A DNA stretch of 64,000 nt from Octopus sinensis (lineage: Eukaryota): assembly GCF_006345805.1 (NCBI RefSeq), contig NC_043000.1, positions 125,426,001-125,490,000 of the forward strand, in the 5' to 3' direction. Below the pieces are notes generated by a model, which worked only from the letters and a program-made list of their open reading frames with translations, searched no databases and was not told where the DNA came from. Of the stretch, positions 53,587 to 64,000 are shown one piece after another. The translations under genes and the position numbers were made by a program. Within the stretch, counting starts at the first letter, position 1. Each line of letters begins with the position of its first letter.

Positions 53587-55077
53587 GTCACACAAATTTT
53601 AATCTACCATATAGATTCTTGTAATTACAAGTGTGCAGAGAAAAATGTCCTTCCTAAATTTTGTATTAGATAGGTTTTTTCCCCACCTTTTCCACTGCAT
53701 CAGAGCAACTAATTTCTCTTGTATTTAGTTCTGTTATCAATAGCTCTGAGTATACATCAGTGTACTTTATCAGCATAGCCACATTTTATAGTATGCTATA
53801 TTAAACTATACTGTTCAAGGTTTTAGTTAGATTACTAAAATAGAGCTCGATATACATAATAACAAAGGTTGTTGATAAAAAAATGAAACAACAAAAAAAA
53901 CTAATACCTTAAATGTTATTTTTTTCTAGGTTTATATTTTTGTGTCTTCTGTACAAATGTTGTTTATAAATATTAATATGGTATCTTGTGAGAGATGTTA
54001 TGCATTAGCAATCATTTAGCTTGTAGAAACAGTCAGAGACTGATGGAATATAATCCAATTTATGTGACTTATTGAGGTCTTTTTACATTCTGAGAAAAGT
54101 TGCATATTAAATGATCTAACTGCAGATAAAGGCAAGGCTCTTGGAATCAGTAGGTTGTTTTTTGTTTTTGTGCTTCTAAAAAAGTACAATTGTGAATGAA
54201 AATAATCATTAACAGACATCTCTGTCAGCAATATTGTTGCCATTATTGTCAGTTTATAAGTTTGAAAAGGATACTAAGGCATTATGACAGATAAAGCACT
54301 ATAGATTCGTTCTTCAACAATCTTCAGAAATGGCTTAGTTACTAAAGCAGCAACTAAATTTTCTTCAACTAATACAGAAAACATCATAAAAATTCTTGAG
54401 ATAATTGATTTCTAGGCATGTTTATGGTATAAGTTTAGATTCCATATATATCTAAAAACTCTTTTTTTTTCCCTCTGTAGTCACTACATTTGGTATCTTT
54501 ATTTAAAAACTATTTTTTTGTTTTCCTTTTTTCACCTAGTCTCACTCAGCAAGGGATGAAATGGAGTCATTCTCATTCAAAATGAATTATACCAACTCGT
54601 TCCATTTTTCCATTACCTTCCATGACAAGACCCCTGACTCTTCAGAGAGAGTTGGCATTTCTTTCATGTCAGAATCTTATATTAATGCTTGCTTCAGCTT
54701 TCATGGGTTCAACTGGACACCTTCTTATCACACCTCTTGTTACAATCCAGTTTCTGATTACATATGCAAACTCTTGAAGATGTATATCATTTAAGATAAC
54801 TTCTTGATCAGACATATCTCTCCATAACATTGACTAATCATAGCGGAAAATAGATATCACACTTGGAATTATAGAACAGAAGCCATTCTTTAAATCTCAC
54901 ATTCTTCACAACAAACCTTTCATCACATTACACCATTCAGAGCATAAGTATGTGAGGGAAGATTTATTCACCTTTCATATCTTGGTTGCAAATACTCAGA
55001 GAGGCAAAAATTATTTTGCTCTCTTACATGATCTAACAGCTTTACTTTTCTCTTAATTACGAATGTATATGTCTCCA

Positions 55078-55299
55078 TTAACCCTTTAGCATTTAGCATT
55101 ACTCTGTCACATGTAATGCTTAAATATCCACATTGTTATGAATTAATCATGTATTATCTTGTAGCTTCGACATTTCAACGATGCAATTATTTATCCTTAG
55201 AATAACATTGTAGTGTAGGTGTGAGCGGCTGGGTCTGATCAGTTTGAATATGAAATAAGTGGAATATTCAGGCTGGATGTTTAAACACTAAAGGGTTAA
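55078..55299. mobile_element. TTAA MITE family 1
   Basis: ttaaccctttagcattt..aaacactaaagggttaa. Confidence 0.85.
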
Positions 55300-56529
55300 T
55301 TCTTCAGTCTTTATGGCTATTTCAGTATTATAATACACATCACTGGCCTAATTTCTTCTCGCTTTGCTTTGCAAATTCTATTGTTCATCTTTAAAAATAA
55401 ATATTGTATCCAAACCTGCAATTAAACAGATCACACAATGTTTTTTTTTATTCATAGCCTTGTGATCTTTCCTATAAACCCCAATCTGCTATTAAGTGAA
55501 ATTTGCATTAAAAACAACAACCCCTAATGTATCTCATTATTGAATCCTGTTTTCATAATGTAGACCTGCAAAGCTGTGCCAGTTGCCAAAATATTAATTC
55601 AAATTCAAAGAAATATTAAGCAAACACCTTCTCACAAATCACTTCCATTCTTTTGCCCATCATCAACTCTCTCTCTCCCCCAACACATTGTTTTGGTCTC
55701 ATCCTTCTTACTTTTTCATTATCTCTCCTTCTCTGTCTCTCTCCACCATCACATTATTTAAATAACAATGGGTGTTTTCTGAAGTAGCCTGCTTTATGAA
55801 ATTTCTGCTTAAACATAGTCAGGTACTGCCATAGTCATATCTTAAACAAATAAACCACCCCTGCTACTCAACCTTGCCCTCTGTTATCTGTTTCTCTCTC
55901 TCTCTCTCTCACTCACTCACTCCCTCTCACCTTTTTGACACACTACTTCAAACAAGGTAAACTAAACCGTAACACTGTCAATCTTAACTAAACAAACACT
56001 CTGTCTCTTCTGCAAGTCTCTATAATGTTATTGCCTCTGTTCTTTCTGGAGGTTTCTGTACTTTCACTGATTCCATTCTATCAGTTCCATAAAAGACTCT
56101 ATGGCGTCATTGGTTCTGTTTTTACTTTTTAGATTAAGACAAAATTTTAATTCAACCAACCATAAAGTCTGAGTTGTGCATTTATAGTACACTTGTCATA
56201 TTATATTTAATTGCTCAAACCATGACACAGGTAAGACTGTGTGGATTAAGAAGTTCACTTCACTGCCACATAGCTTCGGGTTCTTCCCACTGCATTCTAT
56301 CTTTATCATCTTATACTGTATTCTCAGGTTGCTTGATGCCTTATTAATGAAAATTCCTAGTCAAGCTGCTTGGGTGCTTGATGTGTGCTGTTGAAAAATA
56401 TATTCAAGTAGCTAAATAATTGCTGATAAACTTGTGCTGAACACAAATATCTATCAGATTTGCCCAGACATTTGTATTTTCTTGTGGTTGGCTGATTCAA
56501 AACCAATAATCAACAAATGACTATCGTCT

Positions 56530-56762
56530 ATCTTTTGCTTGTTTCAGTCATTAGACTGCAGCCATGCTGTGGCACCTCCACCTTGGAGAATTTTTATTCG
56601 CATGAATCAACCCCAATATTTATTATTACAAGCTTGGTACTTATTCTATCAGTCTTTTACTTAACTGCAAAGTTACAGGGGACGTAAACACATCAGCAGT
56701 TGTCAAACAGTGGTGAGGAACAGACACACACACGCACACACACACATATGTGTGTGTGTGTT

Positions 56763-56804
<42 letters not shown>

Positions 56805-56982
56805 TACACATACACACGCACACACATATGCTTCTTTCAGTTTCCATCTACCAAATCCACTCAGAAGGCTATGGTCAGCTCAAGGCTGTAGTAGTTGCCC
56901 AAGGTGTCACACAGTGGGACAGAACCCAGAACCATGCAGTTGGGAAGCAAATTTCTTACCACACAGCTATGCCTGCACCTAT
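56530..56982 (-). mobile_element. SINE family A
   Basis: Full layout with central compound microsatellite. Confidence 0.88.
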
Positions 56983-57479
56983 GGTCAAAAAAGAAAAAAA
57001 AAGGGGACATATCTTCCATATTGTAGTTTGTGTAAAGTTTGTATTGATGGAATTATGAGCAAAACTTTGACATCTGATAACATTTTAAAATGAAATGAGT
57101 GACAAAAATTTCAACTTAATAAGGTTGATTATACATAATCAACGGTGCTTTATACATTAAGTTGCATGGAGAACTTATTGAAGAGTCTTAAAATATGAAA
57201 GATGGCTTTAATTACCCCAAATAACTTTTATTATTCATACATGGCCACAGACATATCTTAAAAGTGGAGACATCTTGGTTTCACTTAGATTTCATGTCAT
57301 ATTGAGTGAAATGAAATTTGGTTAATTGTTGCTCAGCCCTGGCCAGTCCTGATGAAGCAACACCTATGATTAAAGACATTCTAGTCATGACCACCTTGTC
57401 TTTTCTGATATAACATATCTGAGACTACATTAGTGAAAATATCCTTGGCATTTGGTCAAGTAGTTAGGGCATTGGCTCA

Positions 57480-57706
57480 TCTCTTTTACTCTTTTACTTG
57501 TTTCAGTCACTTGACTGTAGCCATGCTGAAGCACCACCTTTAGTCAAGCAAATCACCTCCAGGACTTATTCTTTGTCAGCCTAGTACTTATTCTCTTGGT
57601 CTCTTTTGCCGAATCACTAAGTTACAAGGACGTAAACATACCACCATCGGTTGTCAAGCAATGCTGGGGGGGGGGGCAAACACAGACACATAAACATATA
57701 CACATG

Positions 57707-57748
<42 letters not shown>

Positions 57749-57922
57749 CATATTTACGACAGGCTTCTTTCAGTTTCCGTCTGCCAAATCCACTAACAGG
57801 GCTTTGGTCGGCCCAAGGCTATAGTAGAAGGCACTTGCCCAAGGTGCTATGCAGTAGGACTGAACCCGGAACCATGTGGTTGGTAAGCAAGCTACTTACC
57901 ACACAGCCACTCCTACGCCTAT
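57480..57922 (-). mobile_element. SINE family A, full length
   Basis: Reverse complement of the 21908-22302 layout. Confidence 0.92.
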
Positions 57923-58082
57923 GGTCAGTGATCAACCCTTGGGTTGAGTTTTGTTTCGTTTCCTTCAGCAAAGTGCTTCATTTCATGATGCTGCAGTTGA
58001 CTCGGTTGAAAATAAGTAGGAACCAATTACTGGTACAGCCCTCTCTCCATCTTGTAGTCACATCTGTGATGTTCCAGTAGAT

Positions 58083-58370
58083 CAGTGGTTCTCAAATGTT
58101 TTTTGGGTTGCTGCCCCCTTGACACCCCGGGTGCATTCCTAGCGCCCCCATCCCAACTAACCATCACAAACATAGAACTCCTTCTGAAGCAAATTCGATG
58201 CCACTGTATTTCACAAATAAAACTGAACCTAATGAACCCATTATTTTCTTGTTTCTACATGAATCGCTACCCCATTATTGCCCCATGTTTCTTCAACTTC
58301 AACACCCCCTTGGAACTTTTCACCACCCCCAGGGGGAGGGGCGAATACCGCTCACTTTGGGGAACCACTG
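58083..58370. mobile_element. hAT (Charlie-like) MITE, 288 bp
   Basis: TIR cagtggttctcaaa / ttggggaaccactg; perfect 8-bp TSD cagtagat at 58075-58082 and 58371-58378. Confidence 0.92.
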
Positions 58371-59110
58371 CAGTAGATGAAGGGCGGGCAGGGTGAGCAG
58401 GAGTCTGTCTGTTTATAACTGCATAAGCATGAAAGACAATTAGCAAAGCATGGTACACATCACCAAGTCATGATTGCGAGTGAAAGGTTTGTTTTTTTTG
58501 TTTTTGTTTTTTCGAAGATATCAGGATATGATTTGAGAGGTTTGGCTGTTATTTCAGCTCAAACAACCATATAATTCTTTTAGAAATAAAACGAGGTGTA
58601 TCTAATTATTCATTGTAATTATTTTGATTGATTTATTTTTCTCTCTCTCTCTCTCTCAGCATTTTCAATCAGATTTTAGTTTATGTCATGCATATCTTTG
58701 TTGGAGAGTAAGACAACTATGATATTCCTGTGGTTTTAATTTCTAAAACGCATTTAATATTGAATAAAGATTAATTTAAAACATTAGTTATAAACTTCTT
58801 GGTTTGTAAAAACTTCAATTTATTGATGTTTCCTTAGCAAATAACATTGACCTTCAAGATCAGTATAGTATGTGGTGCTTAATATTTTGTCTGATTGAAA
58901 ATAGCTTCGAAATTTCTTAGAGTTGAAACTTTGACCTATAGGATATTAAGCAACAATTTTAGTGAAGTTAGTGTTAATGTATTTAATGCCAAGATCATCG
59001 CAAGGCTAATGGATTATGTGGTTAGAAGGAAAAAAAGAAAACGAACACTGTTAGAAACAATATTAAACTAATATTATTTTAACTATTTTCTGAGGTCAAA
59101 TAAAGAGATA

Positions 59111-59152
59111 ACTTTGGACATGTTTCAGTCCTTGTCACTTCATCAGCAATGT
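59111..59152 (-). ncRNA. Candidate minimal type I hammerhead ribozyme
   Basis: Minus strand: acauug CUGAUGA agu gacaagg acu GAAA c au g UC caaagu. Confidence 0.55.
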
Positions 59153-60169
59153 GAAAGACTCATTTAGTAAATGTACAAAATCAGTTGAAATAAGTAATAA
59201 AAAGTTTCCTTTAGAAATAAATAATTCAGAATGCATCCAGCAGCAACAGTAAATTTAGGTCTGAAAATATCAGTGAAGCTTAAGTTTTTTTTTCTTATTC
59301 TTTTGATTTTGATTTTTTAAAATCTTTTTCGTCTAGAATTATCTGTCCTATCCTAGTTTGAGAAATGTATCTCGTGTGAGATGGACATTTTTTTCTAATG
59401 AAAGTAATCACTGTATTATATAGAAATTCCTTTTAAAAAATCTATTGAAATGTTACTAAATTTTCTTGAAGTGTTCATATTTTATGTATTCAATGTAGTG
59501 CATAGAATATACTCCACAGGAGATGTTTTGATTGGTCATTGTGAGTTTCATAGATTATAGATATTCCAAAGAAATAAATGTTAGCAAATTCTTCAGTTGT
59601 TGCTAGTAGATATTAAGAGTTGATTAATTTAATTTCTTTTCTTCAAATATTTAAATAGAAAATTTGCAACACACTCACCAGTAAGAATAAAATACATTTA
59701 CCTTCATTTATCACAGTAAGAAATGAATCGTTACCACACACTATAAATTAACAAATGGTAGATAGCTTCATTGGCACCAAACTTGTGGCCACTGTCATAT
59801 AAATTCTTGATCATCTCTGCCCTTTTCTGTAGAGAATACACTCATCTACATTGTTAGGATCAGGTACTTTCATAGTTTTTCTGTTCATGGGTCCCTTATT
59901 GATGGATACTAGTATATAAATCCATATAAAAAAATATGCAGTATCACAGCACAGTCTTGTAAGTACAATCAGTAATCAGTGAATTCTGGGTAGCTAAGCA
60001 TTGTGGGTGGTTGCTGGGGTGAGGTTTTGCTATACAAGCAAAATCTTTGCCTGATTGCTGACCCATGTTATCACAGATCGATCTGCAGTAAACATAACAT
60101 GGGTTCACAATTGTACCATTTTGTCCCATATAAGTGCTAAATGAATCAGTGATAAATGAGGCTAACCAC

Positions 60170-60446
60170 AGTGCCTGGTCTCCTAAAACCATAGTAAAAA
60201 GCACTGGTGGTAGTGTGATGTAAAAAGCGCTGGTCCTGGTACCACTTAAAAAGCACTGGTGTTGGTGCCATATAAAATGCACCCAGTTCACCCTGTAAAG
60301 TGGTTGGCATTAGGAAGGGCATCCAGCTGTAGAAACTATACCAAAACAGACCATGGAAACTGGCATGGCCCCTGGTCTTGCCAGCTCCTGTCATTATCCA
60401 ATCCATGCCAGTATGGAAAATAGATGTTAAATGGTTATGATGATGT
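60170..60446 (+). mobile_element. SINE family C with short minisatellite
   Basis: About four ..aaaagcactggtg.. units, then the family-C tail. Confidence 0.85.
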
Positions 60447-61847
60447 CAGGTAATAAATTTGTTGTAATTTATGAAAATTTAGAGTTGTTCTCTCTACTAC
60501 AATTTACAGCTGGTTGATTGCTTATGTAAAATATCAGCGATGATATAATGTTTGATAATGATACTGCATCATCCATTGAGTCATTAATGCTTTTAAGAAG
60601 ATTTTTCTCCTCTTGTAGTAGTGATTCAAAGGAGTGTTTTCTCATTTCTCTTAAACACCCATGAGAGGATTCAGCACTAAGTGTTAATGACATGCAGTGT
60701 CTATGACCTTTGTAGGCCTTCCCATCCAGAGAAAGAAGAGGTGAAGTGTCGGATGGTGGTGATAGTGGGTAGGTGGCGTCTAGTTTGAGTGTCAATGAAG
60801 GCTACATGTTTTTGTCAGGGGCATTGCAAAATTCTAATGTGGACAGTTTCCAACTTTCAGTTTGTATGCTGGCATCATATTGACTTCACTAATTGTAGCT
60901 TTCTTTGAGTGATATGAAGCATGTTTTCCATAACCTCTGATCTGTCTCCGACTTCTACCACACCATCTGCTACCAATAATTGTACCCTTTCAGCAGATGG
61001 TATTTTGCTTCATTCAGTGAAATGACTGGTTATGTTTGAATGTTTGGTTCACTATGCCAAACAATAATAGCCGGGTATATAATATTATTATCTTCTTTAA
61101 TAGAAACTTTTTGTTTGGAACATATAAAAGGCCCACAAGCCTCTGCATATAATTAGTCTAACAAGAATGCAGTATTAAAAAGATGAAACACTTTCACTAC
61201 AAAATGGGAATTATCTAACTCTTCCACTCCACCCTCCAAAAAAAACTCAATTGTTTTTCATTGGAAAACTTGTCCTTCAAAAGGCTTAAAGCTCCTTCTG
61301 ATGGATTTCATATTCCATCAGCAAAACTCAAAAATTTCCTCTACATCCATTTTTTCCCCTCTAAATAGTTTCTTTTCATCAAACAGTTAATGATTTACCA
61401 TTTGTGTGTGTGTTTATATATATGATTGTATGTATGTTTATATATGTATGTGTGTGTATATGTATGTATATGTATAAAAACCTATTATAAACAACAATAT
61501 ATTCTATGTTTCTTTTACTGTACCACTTCACTTTAAAATCTTTTCCTCTTTCTGTTGGAATTCTATAGGCTGAAGGAAATCTAACTTAATCCTCTCTTTT
61601 CATTTTTCTTTTATGCATCAGACTCATTTTCTTTGTTCAAAGAGAAAATGCCACCAACCTGCAACTCCATTTAGCTAAATTATAAAATGCTACTCTGGTT
61701 TAGTTTCTAAATATTTACATTTTAGCTGTTGTTGTTGTTATTTTTTTTAACCATCTAAAAACTTGCTGTAAAAACTACTGGAAAATAGCTATTAGTGAAA
61801 GGTGATAAAATTGTTCAAGGTCATTGCATTTTTTAATGCATAAAATA

Positions 61848-61893
<46 letters not shown>

Positions 61894-62204
61894 ATGTATA
61901 TAAAATACTTGTGTAAGATCACATAAGCTCTGGGAGAGTTGAGAGTCTCAAATCACTAATAATCATTCTATAGAATATTTTGAATGGTTTACCTTCTTTG
62001 ACAATAGATTGTTATGGCTTCTAACTTTATTCACATCATTGAGTGAAATGTACTTTAAAAAACAACAAAAAAACCCCACCAACAAAAGATGCAGTCTAGC
62101 AAATCAGAAACGATCAGTTTATGGTTTTATTTAGGTGTATCTGCTTTTGAGAAAATGCAGTAGTGCTTAGTAACCTGTGCCATGTTAAAACTGAAGATAC
62201 TTAC

Positions 62205-62227
62205 TGAGCTGTGTGATTAGGAAGTTG
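62205..62227 (-). other. Candidate 23-nt minus-strand microexon
   Basis: Minus strand: ctttctttgttttttcctgttttttcctaaAG | CAACTTCCTAATCACACAGCTCA | GTAAGTat. Confidence 0.4.
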
Positions 62228-63587
62228 CTTTAGGAAAAAACAGGAAAAAACAAAGAAAGCTACGATGTTTGAGAACGGGTGGTTTAATAGGCTTTCTCTG
62301 AGAACGCAAACTATGCTGTGTAGTTGCAGAACTGTTCTCTTCTTCCATTATGCTACCATTCCTCTGCTTGTCTCTCTCTTCTTTCTGCGTATTTCACCTT
62401 AGACAATAAACTATTCATTGTTTAGTTTGCATCTCTTCACTCATGTATTATTCATTAATTTATTTATTTTATTTTTCAGTTTTTCTATTTGTTTCAAATC
62501 CCATTTGTTAAATTAGAATAGTCTAATGTACGGGTTTTTAAAATAAAGGAAATTGGAAATCTGTAATGATTTGCACTACTTGTCATTCGGCTACTGCATT
62601 GCATCACTGAGGAAAAAGAATATAGAATGGAAAAAAATAATAATAATAGAAAAAGAATTCTTTCTTTAAACGTTTTCATCTTTCATGTATTTCCTATTAA
62701 AGTTTGAAAATGCTTCTCTAAGGATGTGATGCAAAGACCAATACAATATTACGGGTATAGCTAGAAATTATCACACATATAAATGCCTGTGTGTGTGTGT
62801 GCGTGTAGCAATTGAAACTACTACAAATTATAAGGGTGCTATTTCCAAACAGCTATTTTGAGTCCAAAAAAATAAATATGGAGTCTCTCATTATTCTCTG
62901 TTCATAAAGGAGAGAAATGACAAGTTGCCTCAAAGGGAATAATTCATTCATATCCATTGTTCTAATAATAGGTTCCATAAATCAAAATTGAACGGGGATC
63001 AATGTTGAAAGATGTTAGCATTTTTATTTTTAAACTGAAGAATTTTACATAAAATGATTTAGGTTTTCTTTCTTCCTCCAGGGCTGACTGGTTTTTACAT
63101 ATATAACATACTTACAGCATAAATTGTTTTTTCTATAAGTTTATGAAAAATTATGCAAACAAATTTATTTATGAAGAGTGTATTGGGTTTAAGAATATGG
63201 AATAAAAAGTGTTTAGAAGGCTGAATCTGTAACAGAAGTTAAAATTCAGTTTTCTATGAATTCTGTAGTCTATCCACATTGCCTAATCTGCTTATATAAG
63301 AAGAAATAATATACTGCATTTGATGGCATATAACATGCATGGACATATTAGACACACCCTAATTTCAGCTGTGCATATTCAGGAAAAATTTTTTAGTGCA
63401 TTTAGGCATGTAATGTTTAAAGCAGCTTTGCATACAAGGAAGGACCTGTGGTGATTTTTTTGACACATTTTTGGGGGATAAAAAGTACATCTTGGAGCTT
63501 AATTTTTTCATTAATATATTTCTTATAATAAAATAATTCAGTGATGGCCAAGTCAGTATAGTACTAACTAACATAGGCTTCAGTATA

Positions 63588-63595
63588 TGACGTCA
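63588..63595. promoter_or_regulatory. Full CRE palindrome TGACGTCA
   Basis: Exact motif in non-repeat, CpG-poor sequence; function not shown. Confidence 0.25.
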
Positions 63596-64000
63596 GTATG
63601 TTAAAACTATTTTATTCTAATTCTCTCATAGTTTTCAGTCCAAGCTGAGCTAATCGTTTGAACATGCAATGTTAACCTGCAGCTATACTGAATTATTGTA
63701 GCACTGTAGGTAGTTGTTTCTATCTGATTACCCACAAACACAGACACAGCTAGAATCCCATCTCTCTCTTTCTCTCTCTCTCTCTCTCCTTCCCTCTTAC
63801 ACACACACACACACCGCTAACCCAATCAACCTATCCAATAAACAATGAAGATGATAATGGAAAACATACACCTACATTGTTTTCTCTCTCAATTCCCACT
63901 TCTACTCACACTGTATTATACCATCCAATTTCTAGTACTTATACAGGTATCAGAAATAGTGCTACAAATGGTTGTATGGTTGAGAAGGTTGCTTCCCAGC

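Noticed and set aside
63062-63096. Plus-strand 9-nt microexon (..cttcctccAG GGCTGACTG GTtttt)
   Set aside because: Good acceptor but the GTTTTT donor is too weak to support a call.

Overview
This is AT-rich eukaryotic DNA, intronic or intergenic, with no recognisable intact protein-coding gene. The repeat families point to an Octopus genome; this comes from my recall of those SINEs, not a database search. Almost all ORFs in the track are artefacts of microsatellites or SINEs. The real coding remnants are all decayed transposons: a mariner transposase with TIRs (36.8-38.1 kb), two RTE LINE fragments (41.1 kb and 45.3-47.2 kb; the first clearly carries a PHD-like finger), another RTE piece, two CR1-like 3' ends, an R4/Dong endonuclease tail and a Helitron N-terminus. 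Non-coding elements include at least four SINE families (my working labels A-D), TTAA, hAT, Tc1/pogo-like and foldback MITEs, and Helentron-type elements. The most interesting signals are: (1) an AG|GTAAGT recursive-splice-site candidate followed by a 44-nt exon with stops in all three frames, in a TE-poor island (53.5 kb); (2) head-to-tail SINE arrays and a U2 snRNA 5' fragment that all end on (ATT)n; (3) a minimal hammerhead ribozyme on the minus strand (59.1 kb); (4) candidate microexons on both strands; (5) several long inverted repeats that could be ADAR substrates, one ending exactly at the mariner TIR. Repeat boundaries were read by eye and are approximate unless a TIR or TSD is quoted.
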